From: Neocallimastix sp. 'constans'
Taxonomy: Eukaryota
Direction of reading: 5' to 3'
DNA: 64,000 nucleotides
Assembly (NCBI GenBank): GCA_050613775.1
Contig: JBODTK010000013.1
Span: 1,426,001 to 1,490,000 of the forward strand
The first letter of the stretch is position 1; each line of letters opens with the position of its first letter. Below are positions 1-14,638 of this stretch, one piece after another. The notes beneath the pieces were generated by a model. It was not told the origin of the DNA. It saw only the letters and a program-made list of their open reading frames with translations, and did not search any database. The translations under genes and the position numbers were made by a program.

Positions 1-281
1 TAAAAAAATTATAAAATATAAAATAATAAAAATAAAAATAAAAATATAATTAAATATATTTTAATATGAAACAAGAGAATATATAGAATATAAAATAAAA
101 TAATATTATTAAATATTAAATTCATAAGAATTGAATTTTTTTTTTTATAAATATATAAATTAATATTTATTAAACTATTATATAATGGAACTATTATTAT
201 TTCAAAAAGTTTTAATACAATAATACTAAATTTTTTTTCAAATAATTTGTAATTATTTAAAAGAAAAACAAAAAAAAATTC

Positions 282-317
<36 letters not shown>

Positions 318-407
318 TTGTCAAATTTTCAATAAATTATCTTCTATTTTTTTGAATACTACCAATATTGCTATAATTTCTATATATATTTATATTAATT
401 CCTGATC

Positions 408-471
<64 letters not shown>

Positions 472-496
472 TTATTGAATATTTTTTTTATTAAGG

Positions 497-530
<34 letters not shown>

Positions 531-541
531 TAGTTTATTTA

Positions 542-594
<53 letters not shown>

Positions 595-696
595 CAAATA
601 TAAAATAGGGGTTCTTTTTTTTTTTTTTTTTTTTACAGCCGCAATATTTGCAATATTTACGAACTTTTAACTTCTTTATTTATCCTATTCATCTAT

Positions 697-755
<59 letters not shown>

Positions 756-785
756 TATTTCGTCTATTTTAAACATAATAATAAT

Positions 786-818
<33 letters not shown>

Positions 819-984
819 GGCAGCAAACTTGTTTCATCTTTATTAATTAAATATTTGATAAAATACATGTAATAAAATAATAAAAAAAAAAAAAAAAAGA
901 TAAAAAAATAAACAAAAAATAAAACACAAAATAAAAATAAAATAATGGTATAATATATTCTAGTTTCATTTAATTAATATTTGT

Positions 985-3900
985 AAGACTTCACAAGGGC
1001 ATTATTATACTGAAGTATAATAATTAACTTTGACTTCGCAATGTTAATCATAATTTTAAGATACAAAATTATGATCTTCATTGGTTGCGCTAGCCCTGCT
1101 GGCCTGTCTTACTGTTTCTTCAGCATTGACGCTCTTGGTAGTAGTAGTACGATTCGATTTGAACCTATTGAACAAAGACCATTGCTGGCCAATAGCAATA
1201 GGTATAATCGATTGGAGAAGTGCCGCAGTAACCACCAAGAACGGAGTATCAGAATAAGCACCTGATTTCATCTGGCACTTAAATAGATCCTTCCATTCCC
1301 TTGTACTGTTATTAATACTTCGACCTCCAAGAAGGAAATTAAACACTTTTTCACACACACTAGAATCAATATACACATTATTTTCAATACTATTACTAAC
1401 ATTACTAAAAATACTATTACTAATATTATTATTACTATTATAACTATTACTATTATTACTATTACTATTATCATTATTACTATTAACAATATCATTTGTT
1501 AGGTTGCCACGGTAAAAAGCATTATATAAAAATAAAATTTTATCATTAACTTTACTACGAGTATGATTGAAAAAGGGACAATCAATTAACCAATGACTTA
1601 TCCATTGTTTATTACTTTTACAACAGGGACAAAAATTAGGACACATTTGGTCCACTATTTTTGCAGCTTTAGCAATTCTAGCATCTAATCTATATCCGCT
1701 TCGTGCTCTCAATAGCCAATAGAAACCATATGAAAGATCAGGATAGTCATAACAAAGTTTTATAAATTTTGATGTTTCTTCGAATTTGTTTTTGTCATAA
1801 AACTCAGCTTTAATAGAATTGATTTTCATATCTCTTTTCCAATAAAAATCCTTGATTTTATTATCGTTATTACCTCTTTTCTCTAGTTTACGTTTAAGAG
1901 TTCTACTTTCTTTTGTCCATGTATATTTTCTAGATTTTGGAATATTATTAACTAAATAGGAAATAATACAATTTGAATTTTTCCATTTATCAAAACATTT
2001 GACCTGAGACAAAGCACACTTAGCTGACAATGGAGGAATATGTAAATCTTTTGAAATAGAATATACATTAATAAATGATTTGGCTTTTTGTATACCTGCA
2101 ATCCATCTTAATCCTTTATTAATTAATTTCTGAGTATTATTTGTTCTCGTTTTATTCGAACCAAGTAAAGGTGCAAAGTAAGAGACTTTACTAAGTACAT
2201 AAGAGTTAATTATAATCTTCTTAAATGGAATAGGAATTTTGGAATTTGAAAGAAATTTACTAACAGAAAAGAGAGCTTTAGTTACTTTAGAGTTAAGTAA
2301 TTTAATAATAGGTTTCAACGATAAGCTTTTATCAAATGGTATACCTAAATAGGTATAACATTTAGTTATTGGAATTGGTTGACCAGCAAGATAAAAAGTA
2401 GGATCTCTTTTATTTTGAAAAAGAGGTGTGTCTGGTCGAATCACCATCGTTGCACACTTATTAATTCCAAAATTCATCATATTAAATTTAGCCCATTCAT
2501 TTACCTTCTTAAGCATTTTTTTCAACTTAGTTCTTGACGGTGCGCATAGAACAATATCATCTGCAAAGAGTCCACCACAACATCTAGATTCGCCTAAAGG
2601 AATTCCAAGTTCTGAAACATCATTAAAAATGTCATTAATAAAAAGATTGAAAAGAATTGGTGATAGTGGACAACCTTGTCTAACTCCTTTCATAATATTA
2701 AAAGATTCCGAATATTGATCATCAATTTTAACACTAGCTTTGGATGTCAAATATAGATTTTTTATAAATTGATAACATTTACCTCTAATACCTAAAGCAT
2801 CTAATTTATATAAAATATTACCTATTGGAACAGAATCATATGCCTTTTTTAAATCTAGAAAAGCTAGGTAAGTTTCTTTATTATCATTTTTACGCCTTTG
2901 ACAAATTTCTCGAATTGAAATAAATAAACTAACACATTCTTCTTTAGTACGAAATCCAAATTGCTCTGGCCTAATAAAATTATTTTTAAGTCCATATTCT
3001 GAAATTCTTTTGGAGACTATTTTCGAAATGAGTTTAATACCATTGTTAATCAGAGAGATACCTCGATAATTGTCACAATCAGATAGATCATCTCCTTTTT
3101 TAGGAATAGATATAATACTTGCTTCATTCCATGAGCTAGGAAATTCTCCATTCCAAATTCTTGAGTATATCTTCTGTAAACAATTTAAACCAGAAGAAGA
3201 ATTATTTACTGAATTTTCGTCATCCGGAGGAATTAAAGCTTTATAAAATTCAATAGGAATTCCATCCGGGCCTGAAGCTTTAAAATTTGGAGTAGCCAAA
3301 ATTGCTTCTCTAATTTCTTCTATACTGATGTCTTGATTTATATCCCATTCATTGTGTCTCGTATACCTAATTGTTCCATTGGAAAATTTATTATACCATT
3401 CGATTAATGCACTATTGATATCAGAATGGCTTGAAGCAAGTTTTTTATAGTGATTGTGCCATACTTCTAACTGTTCTTTAGTAGAAGTAGCTAGTTTACC
3501 ATTTTTGTCCTTTACTGGAGAATTTGACATATTTTTAAATTTATCTACTTTTGCTGTTGTTTTAAGCCATTTCCAAGCTTTTTTAGGGTTATGCGATTTC
3601 ATATATTCACATCCTGTATTAATCCAATGTTGGTATTCAGTTTTCCTATAAATATTACACATATGATGAATAATTTTGCACATTCTATTATATTTATCAA
3701 TTAATTCTTCAAATTCATCTAAATTATGATTAGAACCTCTTCTTTTAATGGATTTATATAATTTCATTTTGAGTTTTTGGAAATTAAATATTTTCTGCGA
3801 CATATGAAAAAAAGATTTTCGAACTTCTGAAATTGACGTGATATTAAGTTCCTTAGCAATATTGAATGAAGTTGAAATAAATTTCTTTGAAATATCATCA

Positions 3901-4468
3901 ATACTAATATTAGGATCTGGAATCACTTCCTCTAATACACTAAAATAGTTGTTGTCAAAAATTGATTCTTTTTCATTTATACATTTTAATCTATCCCATT
4001 TAACTGTCTTTTTAGGCAGAGAGAAAGAATTATCTGAATTAACTGATGAAAAACATTTACCTTTTATTAATAAAGGTTTATGATCCGAAATGGGGGGAAA
4101 GTCAATAAAAGTACCATATGAAAGTAAATCTAACATATGATCATTGACAATCGCATGATCTATATCAGATTCTCTATTACCTCTACTCCATGAAATTGGG
4201 GAGCCCCATAAGGGAAGAATTTTCCAATTACTAAATTTAGAGAGCAAATTACTTAATTTCTCAGTAGGTAAATTAAAATCACCAACCAACATTGAAGGAT
4301 GAGAAGAGTGACTATTTAACCAAGACAATATTTCAATTCTAGCAGCTCTAGCATGAAGGCTATGGCCACTATGAGGTACGTACACATTACCAATAGAACA
4401 TTTAGTGAAATTCCAAAAATTATAAGTATACAAGGAAATAATATACTCATAAGTGTTGTTTTCAAGAA
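985..4468 (-). mobile_element. Non-LTR retrotransposon (LINE, family A), 5'-truncated; open ORF2 remnant 1056..4433 (APE endonuclease C-terminal half, reverse transcriptase, Cys/His knuckle)
   Basis: APE motifs NVYVP, LVGDFN, DIDH, SDHKP; RT motifs KASGPDGIP, YRGISL, QFGFR, FLDLKKAYDSV, GVRQGCPLSPILFN, LFADD, YLGI; C-terminal CPNFCPCC..HWLIDCP. N-terminal APE motifs and ORF1 are absent; the listed start is a TTG next to a (TAA)n junction. Outer ends approximate. Confidence 0.95.
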
Positions 4469-4565
4469 TAATAATAATAATATATTTTTATGTATTACAT
4501 TTTTAAAGATAAAAATAATAATATATTTTTCTGTATTACATTTTTTAAAGATAATTAAAGATAAA

Positions 4566-4602
<37 letters not shown>

Positions 4603-4779
4603 TTTAAGTTTCAATTTTTATTAATAATTATTTCTTATTAATTTAAAACACAACAATTTTTTTTTACACTTTTTTTCCTTTATATTTTCAATTTTTTAAA
4701 TTATAAAAATACGAATTATTTATTTATTTTTTTTTTTAAAAAAGAATATTAATATTATTTTATAAAAAAATGTTTTGCT

Positions 4780-4810
<31 letters not shown>

Positions 4811-6610
4811 GTTTGTTTGTTTGTTTGTTTTCTAATTCTTTTGTTTAAACTAACTCTACATGAAATTAATATATTTTATCTATTTTACTTTCAAAGTTAT
4901 AATAGATAAAATATATTTTATATCAATATAAAAAAAAAAAGTCTTATTAAAAACTTTTTTTTTTTTTTAATCTTTTTTTTAATCATTTTTATTTTTCAAT
5001 GGATAATATTAAGTATTTTAATATCCATTAGAAAAAGAAAAATTGATAATATTACAATTAAAAGGTTTTTATATAAAAAAAAAAAATTCTTTTGAATTTT
5101 TTTTTTATTCTATAATACTTTGATTAGATATCTTATGTTATAATTGTCTATAATATATGTTGATAATTATCCTATGAATTATATATTGATTCACAAAATA
5201 ATTTATATAAAATTAAATTAAATATTATTGATAAAAAGTCTAATATATACAAAAGAACAATTATTTATGAATATTATATATGTTATAGGATGTTGTTTTG
5301 TTTTGTTTTTTATGATTGCATATACTATTGACATCATTAGATATCTATTTCTTGATTAATTTTTAATTAAAATTATTGTTATTATTATTCTATAAAATTT
5401 GTTTGATTAATAAACCAAATAAATTATATATCTTTATTATCATATTATATAGATATATATTATTTAAAGTAATTTATAGCGTAGAGTACAGTTTATATTT
5501 TTTTTTATTATTATTTACTATTTTTTCTTATTTTGAACTTGATTTATACAGAAAGATTAAAGAGTAAAAAAAAAAAGTTTACTTTACAGATAGCTATTCT
5601 TTTTTTTTTTTTTTAAACATCTTTCTTTTATTTTATTTTTGTTTTGTTTCTTATTTTGTTTAATTTTATTATTCTTCATGGCTATTTTTATTGTTATTGT
5701 TGTTCATTTTTTATGTTTCTTTATTTGTTTACTTTTTTTTCCATTTGGATTTTGTTGATTCTGAACTTCTTTGAATATTATTTCTTTGAATGTTATTTTT
5801 TTTTTAATGTTCAGAGATTTTAATAGCAAAATATTTTCCTTTATTATCCATAAAATTGGTTAATATCTCATAAATTAATATTCTTCCTTTTTTTTAAAAA
5901 AATTTGAGCTTATAAAAATTCAATAAATAATTCTTGTAAATGTAGAATAAAAAAAATAATTTCCAAATTATAAACAAATTAAATTAAGAGTGCTTTTTAA
6001 AAACTGAAAATAATAAATAAAATAAATAAGGTTGTGTATATAAAAAAAAAGTATATATATAAACTATATATATATATATTGAATAAAAAAATTAAGTTAA
6101 TAACCTTATAATAAAATCTTTTAATTTTTTATTTTTATAACATAATTTATAAATTTAAAATTTAAAAAATAAATATATATATATATATATTTACATTAAC
6201 TATTGAATAATAACAGTTCAAAACCAAAACCTTTCATCTTTCACCCAATTTCATAACTTAAACCCTCATCTATTTTATCATTTTTATAAAATAAAATAAT
6301 TATAATTATAATAAATATTATATATAATTTAAAAAACATATAAAAATATAATAAAAATAAATATTATTAATAATTATTTCAATTTTTATATATTTTTTAA
6401 TATTATTTTTATTAGTTTTTTTTGGTATTCTTAAATTATGATAATAAATTAAATATATATATAATTAAAGTAATTAAATTAATAAGATCATTACATTTTG
6501 TTTTCTTTTGTAAACAAAAAGCGTTGGTATTTGGTTCATCCCTGTTATTCAAACTCAATAAGTCTTTATGTCTATAGATTCAAAAAATATATATTTATGT
6601 TTTTTAAAGA

Positions 6611-7576
6611 TTAGCGAGTAAGAAAGGATGATTCAGTAGAGGTTACAGATAATGGTGATAAAGAATAATCCAAACTATCTTCATCAAGATCAATTATGCT
6701 GTCTTCATATTCAGATGCAACAAGAGTACTATTACTGCTAGTACTGTTAGTTCTATAACAGTTCATTGGTTTTGATGTAGATGGTTTAACAAATTCTACA
6801 TTGGTATCTTGGTAATCATAGCAGGCTATTGATTCATCATTCATTATAACATCGCCAGTTTCCCTAACGACAGTAGATAATATTGGTTTAATTTCTTGAT
6901 TGTACCACATAACAGTATCTGGATTATTACTGAAAATGAAATCGATTTCTTGAATCCATTCAATAAATTCTTCACTAGTAATATTAATATTGAAAGAAAT
7001 ACCATAGAGCATTTCAATTTCCATAATATTAATTTGAGAAACATCCATTCCACAAATTGGTTCCCAAGCCTTGTTATTTATAGAGCGTTCAGTAAAGAAT
7101 TTATAAGCAATGATATAGGCAGCAATAAAAATTCTATATTCAAAACCATCTGAACCAGAAGCATTACAATTTCTGGCACGAAGACGATCAATAAGCTTTA
7201 AGGCGCAAAGGCATAAACTGAAAGAAGTTTCAGTAGCACCTAATATTTTTTCACAAAATTCTTGGAAGTATTCAAAGTTTGGATTGACTTCACTGATTGG
7301 TTGTTGTTTGATATATGAAATTAAGTTATTGTTATCATATTCACAATAAATATCTTGATTATTGGTATTATCCCAAATACTGTAGAATGAATAAGTCATA
7401 AACTTTGATAAGGTTGAGAGGGTATAAGAATCAAGTTTTTCAGTTCTGACAGCACCAACATTTGGGTTGATAGTCATCTTTTTCATACAGTTAAATTTTG
7501 GTTTGTTGTCATCATATTTAGTTGGTTCTAAAACAGTTTGACTGTAAGTAAGAGTTGAAGTGGCTGGCATTTTCAT
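6611..7576 (-). CDS. Pho80/Pcl-family cyclin (Pcl1/Clg1-like)
   Basis: 321-aa intronless ORF; cyclin box ALKLIDRL...RIFIAAYIIAYKF...NKAW..ICGMDVSQINIMEIEMLYGISFNINIT; Ser/Thr/Asp-rich PEST-like C-terminus. Confidence 0.88.
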   Translation of the reverse strand: MKMPATSTLTYSQTVLEPTKYDDNKPKFNCMKKMTINPNVGAVRTEKLDSYTLSTLSKFMTYSFYSIWDNTNNQDIYCEYDNNNLISYIKQQPISEVNPNFEYFQEFCEKILGATETSFSLCLCALKLIDRLRARNCNASGSDGFEYRIFIAAYIIAYKFFTERSINNKAWEPICGMDVSQINIMEIEMLYGISFNINITSEEFIEWIQEIDFIFSNNPDTVMWYNQEIKPILSTVVRETGDVIMNDESIACYDYQDTNVEFVKPSTSKPMNCYRTNSTSSNSTLVASEYEDSIIDLDEDSLDYSLSPLSVTSTESSFLTR

Positions 7577-10500
7577 AAATATTTTTATATTAAAAAAAAT
7601 AATTTATATAATTGTTTGTAAATTTAGTTTTGATAAATAAGATTATTATTATTTTCTTTCTAGTTTTGTTTAAGAAAAATTGATTTAATAAATAGTTCTT
7701 TTAATTTATATATATTTAAATTAAATATTGTTTTGATAAATAATAAATATTAAGTTTTTTATTTTTAATTTAAACTAAAAATTGTTTTTTTTTTTTTTTT
7801 AAAATAATAACGATAGATAGTTTTTGTTTTTTAATAAATAAATAATTTTTTTTAACTTAAATATTATTATTCTTCTGCAACTAGAATTTAAATAAAAAAA
7901 TAATAATAAATAAATAAAAAATTTTAAAAATTTAAAGAATTTCAAATTCTTTTTATATGAAAAAAAAAAAATTAATAATAAATAAATAATAATTAATTAA
8001 TTATAATTTATTTAATAATTAATATTATTATTTACTATTTAATTATCAAATATCGAATATTCATTTTTTATTTTTTATTATTAATTATCATGTAGTAGTA
8101 ATAAAAAAAAATATATATATATAATTAAAAAAAAAGAATATACTATAAATAAGAATTCTTTACTAATATATTACATTACACTATATTGATATAATATAAT
8201 ACTTTATTATTAAAAAAAAAAAAAAATTTAAATTTTGTTATGTATGCTATTTTTGCTAATCAAATAAATAAAATAAAGAAAAATATAAAAGTTATTATAA
8301 TATATTAAATTGTAATGATAATAAATAATATTGAATATATTGCAATATATTTATTATATCTAGTAAAAAAAAAAATAAACTTTTTAATAAATAATACTCA
8401 ATTTTAAAATGAAAAATTTTTAATAAAAAATATTATTATTTATAATAATAATAATTAAATGTTAAAAAATGAAAGAACCATCTATTTATTAGAATATACT
8501 TAATATATATTATTTACAATATTTGATATAGAACTTTATGTATATTCCAATATATTGTACATATATTTTATTTACATATTTATATTTTAAGGACTAATCT
8601 TTAAGAAATGAAAATTCTAAATTCAATTATATATTCAAATAATATAAATTGCATGGACACTATTATAAAATGATTATATATTTGAATATTATTCATGCAT
8701 ATATTAATTTATATAGTATGAATTATAGACCAATCAAATAAAAAAAATTCTATCTAAAACCTGTTATTAAACTTATATTTACAAGAAAATATATTTTTTT
8801 TTTAAAATTTTTCATTTTATATTAAATATAGCAATTATAAATAAAGATTGTATTTATATATTATTTATATATTAATATAGTTATTATATTGTAAATTTAT
8901 ATTCATATTTATAAAATGTAATAATTAAAAATATATTGACTTTATTTTGAATAATAAGAAATGGATTAAATACCTATTTTTTACCTTAACATATATTTTC
9001 ACTATATATTACAATACATTGTAAACTATTCAATTCACTTATGATAAACTTCACTAATACTAAAATTAATATCAAATATTAAAATATATAACAAATAAAA
9101 ACTTTATTTAATAATAAATAATGATATAATAATAATAAATAATTATATTATAATAAAAAATAATTTAATAATTATATAATTAATGATTATTAAATTTTAA
9201 ATACTAATAGCTATTATTAACTCTTAAATAATCTAATTTAATGTTACAGTTTCGTGGTTAAGGTTAAGGTTTTAATCTTGGTTTATTTTTTTTCTAGTAT
9301 TTAATTTAATTTGAATTTGAATCATTCCTAGCCAAACACTTAGAAAAATAGAACAAAAGCTATTTCTTATCTTATATCTTTTAATTTTTTTGTTTTTTTT
9401 TTTTGATATTAACTACCACAACTAACAATCATTTATTTATTATAACTCTTAATTCTTTTTTTTCTTTTCATATCTATTTTTTATTTCAAATTCAATATAT
9501 TTTACTTTCCACAATACTTTATTATTATTATTATTATTATAATTATGTCTTTAATATTATAGTAATTATTATTATTATTATAGTTTATTATTATAATTAT
9601 GTTTTTTTATTATTTATTATTTATTATTTATTTTTATTATTTATTATTTATTATTTATTATTATTTATCATTTTTTATCATTATTTATTATTTTTATTTA
9701 ACTATTATTTTTATTTAATTATTATTATTTATTATTATAATTATTTATTTATTATTTATTATTATTCATTATTATTATTTATTACTTATTATAGTTTCAA
9801 ATATTATTTACTATTATTTTTATTATTTAGTTTATTTTTTTTATATTTATATTTTTTAAATTAAGTAAATTTAATAATTTAAATTAAATTAAAAATTAAT
9901 TGATAGTATACATTTTCAATTGACTATTAATATATATTTTAAAGTTTTAAAATATTATATAAAATAAGAATAAACTGTCTTAAAAATACAATAATTTTAA
10001 ATAGGTTTATGATATTTTATCCGTAAAAATAAGTTATTAAATATATAATTTACAATAAGCTAATCTGAACTTTTCAAATTTAGTAAAATTTTAATTGAAT
10101 TAAAAAAAAATAGTAATAATAAAATCTAAAATAAAGAAAAAAGTCTGTATTTTTTAGAAAATAAAAAAAATACAAAAAAAAATAATATTTTATTAATTTA
10201 GAAAAATAAGTGAAATAAAAAGTTATGCGTAATAAAAACTTCCTATAAAAAAATTTTTTTTTTAATTTTCTTTCCAATAAATTTTTCTTATTATTAACCA
10301 TTTTTAGAAATAAAAGGTTAGGTATCAACCAGACCAATAATTTTAAAAATGACCCAACTCATGATACATATTTATGGTAAAGTAAACAACTATAATAAAA
10401 ATAAGTTTCACCACATGTTTATAATTTATAATTAAACAGTAGTACTATTAATATTAATTTTTTATTTTTTCATAGAATTTCCAAAAAAAAATAATTATTT

Positions 10501-12374
10501 TATTATTTAATACTAAAAAAGTTTACCACTAAAATTTCTACTGTCCAGTGAAGGCTGGTCATATTATAAATTTAATTTACTTTTTAAATAAAAAAAACTT
10601 CTTTTTTTACAAGATATTTTTTAATATCAAGATATATGAATTTTTTTTTTTTTTACTAGAAAAAAAGAAATATTCCAACCTAAGAATAATTTTTAGTTAA
10701 AATTCTCTCTCTTAATTTATTATACATAAATAAAAATTTTATTGGTTATTGATTTTTTTTTACTTCCTTTTTTACTTCCTGTTATTACTTTTTAGTAATA
10801 TATAATTTTTTTTTAACTATAGCAATTATAAATATACAAAATTGGAGAAATAAATTTGAGGAGTTAATATTAATATTTAAATATTTTTTAACTTTTGAGA
10901 AAGGAAAATTAAAATAATAAAATAAAGAATTTTGTTTTTATTTTCTAATTATTTTCTATTTTATTGCAATTTTCTATCATTCTTTCTAGTTTAACTTTAT
11001 AATAAAATCAATAATAAAATAATGAGAGTTATATTTAAAAATATTGGCAGTTTAATTAATTCGTTATGATAAAAAAAAAATCATCACCTATATACACTAT
11101 AAAATAATAATGTTAAAAGCTAAATATTTATTATTTTTATTTTAAGTTTTTATTAAATTTTATTTTTCTTTATTTATTTTTTTTTTATAACACTTTTTTT
11201 TTTTTAATATTTATTTTATTTTTACAGAAACGCTTTGCAGAAATTGTAATAACCGAATATAAATATATTATATTTTTCTTTTTATTTTTTTTATTTTTTT
11301 TTATTTTTTAAAATTTAAACATACTTTATATACTTTTTATTATTATTATTTTAAATTATAAACATACTTTATATACTTTTTTTGATTTTTACAATGAAAT
11401 TTAAAGATAATAAAAAAAAAAACTTTTAATATATCAAGCCTTTCGATATTATTAAAGGGCTGTAGAGGTTGAGTATCTCAAAAATTAAAAATTAAAAAAA
11501 AAAAGAAGGTAAAATAAAAAAAAAAAAAAAACAGAAAAAACGTTATAATTAATTTTTAAACTATATATATTATATGGTATTATTTAATAGCATTTCAAAT
11601 TATAATATTTAAATTTAAAAAAGATTAAAGGTTATTTTCTTTGATAATAATAATAATAATTAATTAAAGGAAAATAATCTTTTCTATTAATAATTTTTAC
11701 CAGTAAAAAAAAAAATTTTTTTTTCTATTGATTCTGATCAATTAAATTAAAAATAAAAATAAAAATAAAAAAAATAAAATAAAAAAAAAACAGAAATAAT
11801 TATTATATATAATTATTAATTTATTTTTATAATTAATCAAATATCTATTATCTTTTAATTAATACGATTTAAAATTTGATATTATTTTTTATTTAAAATT
11901 TAATTAAATATATTTAAATTAAAGAAATGGCAATGATACATTATTATTATTACAACCTAAACTATTATTTGAAATTATAATTATAATAAATAGTAAATAG
12001 TAAATAGTAAATATAATAATAAATAATAGAAAAAAAAAGAGTAAATAGGAAAAAAAAAAAAAAAAGCATATTTAAAAAAATTTAAAAATTTATTATAAAT
12101 TATTATTAAATAATCAGATAATGTATTGTAAATGTATTTTTTGATTTTTTAATTAAAAATTATAAAATCTTAATTAATACAAAATTAATACGTAAATAAT
12201 GCTACATTAATACGTTACTGTACAAAAATTTTAAAATTTAAAAAAAAAAAAAAAGGATTTCCAAAATTTCTAAATCTCCTTATTTTATTTGCTTTTTTTA
12301 AGTATGACCTGCCTTCTGGTAGAAATAGAAAATAACAAGATACTTTCTTAAAAATTTCTATTTTTCTAAATTAT

Positions 12375-12960
12375 TATATTTTATTTATTTATTTATTATT
12401 ATTTATTATTTATTATTTATAATTTATTTATTTATTATTTATTATTTATTATTTATTTATTATTATTTATTATTTATTATTTATTATTTATTTATTTATT
12501 TATTTATTATTTATTATTTATTATTTATTATTTATTATTTATTATTTATTATTTATTATTTATTCTTTATTCTTTATTTAATTATTTATTTACTTATTTA
12601 TTCTTTATTTAATTATTTATTTACTTATTTATTATTTATTTATTTATTATTTATTATTTATTATTTATTATTTATTATTTATTATTTATTATTTATTATT
12701 TATTATTTATTATTTATTATTTATTATTTATTATTTATTATTTATTTATTTATTATATATTTATTCTTTATTCTTTATTTAATTATTTATTTACTTATTT
12801 ATTATTTATTTATTTATTATATATTTATTCTTTATTCTTTATTTAATTATTTATTTACTTATTTATTATTTATTTATTATTTATTTATTATTTATTATTT
12901 ATTATTTATTATTTATTTATTATTTTTTAGTTATTTATTTATTTACTTATTTATGTATTA
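12375..12960. repeat. Low-complexity (TTAT/TTATTTA)n satellite with higher-order duplications
   Basis: Directly visible simple repeat; unit 'tattctttatttaattatttatttacttatt' recurs four times. Confidence 0.9.
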
Positions 12961-14638
12961 TTATTCATTATTTGATTTATTATAAAATATATATTAATTT
13001 ATTGATAATATACATTCTTATTTTAATAACAATAGAAAATAAAGAATATGAATATTTTCAATATTAATATAATATGATATAGTGTATTAAATTTATTAGA
13101 ATACAATACTATATGATTCTTATTAAGATATAGATAATAAAAAAAAAATTTTTTTTCATAAAAATGTAAAAAATACTCAAAACTTTATATAAATTAAAAA
13201 AATATTTGTATATTATTCTATTTTAAATAAATATTTTATAATAATTTTTATTATATTTTTTTTTTTGTTTTACTTTACTATATATTTTTATAATAGATAA
13301 TAGTAGTTTATTTATTTAATATTTCAGAGGATAAAAGAAAGAATTGTCAAACATTTTTAATAATAAATATTTTTCTTTTCATCAAATAAAGGTATAGCAA
13401 TATTTCTTTTAAATAAATATTTTATTTTACTTATTACTCAATATTGTTATAATATTTTTTAATGAACGGTTTAGTCAATACAATTTAATTAAACTTTTTA
13501 GGGTAAAAAGGAAAATTTGAAGCTGTGTAACTTTTGAAGATGAAACTTTTTAATTATTATTATTATTATTATTTTATTTAATTTCATGATTCATTAATTA
13601 TTTACATATAAATAATATAATTATTTTATTGAAAAAAATGAATCATTTTATATAAATAAAAGATAAAATATAAACAAATTATAATATGTTTAGAATTAAA
13701 AAATTAAATTTATGTAATTATTACAATAATAAAGAATTAAAAAAAAAAAAAAAAAAAAAAGATTAACAATTAGAATATAGTATTTCTTTTCAATAAAAAA
13801 AAAAAAAAAAAAAAAAAACAGAAAATAAAAAATAGAAAATAGAAAGAAAGAAATGTTTATAAATATGATATATAATAATAAATTATTGTTTTAATACAGC
13901 AATATAGAGTTAAAGAAAAAAAAAAAAAATAGAAAAAAAGAATTGTTTCAATTTATTATAAATATGATATAGTAATAAATTATTAGTTTTATATTTAATA
14001 TACTAAATAAATATAAATTAATGACATATATAATTAATTTTCTTGTTTTAATTTTTTTAATATACATACATATATATTTTTTTATTATTATTATTTTTTT
14101 TTTTAAATTTGACAAAAAAAAGTTTCATTAAAATATCTATATAATAATAAATATTTATTTAATTATTATTATTATTATTACTATTACTATTTGAAATGAA
14201 ATAAATAAAACCTTTTAAAGAATTTTTTTTATCTCTAAATAAAATTTAATATAACAATAAAATAAAAAAAAAAAAAAAAAAAAAGTAATAATTTATTATT
14301 ATCTTATAATAATTGAAAGTATATATATATTCTTTTTTTTATTGTTATTTAAATAATAGAGATATTGTTTCTTGTAAATCGTTTTAATATTTTAAACAAT
14401 AATATATGTTCAATAATATTAATTTTTTTTTATATAATTTATATTATACTTAACTTTTTTTTTTCTATGCTTATTACAAGAAATCTTTTTTTTTTTTTTT
14501 TATTTTATTTTATTTTATTTTATTTTATTTTATTTATTCATAACTGATAATCACAAAAAATAAAAATTCATTATATGTCCTTTATTTATATAAAACTAAA
14601 CTTTTTTAATATATATATATATATATTTTAATTTCTTT

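Noticed and set aside
648..872. 74-aa ORF, and similar low-complexity ORFs at 9403, 10080, 14365, 39469, 58311 and 58604
   Set aside because: Translations of homopolymers and microsatellites; no coding signal.
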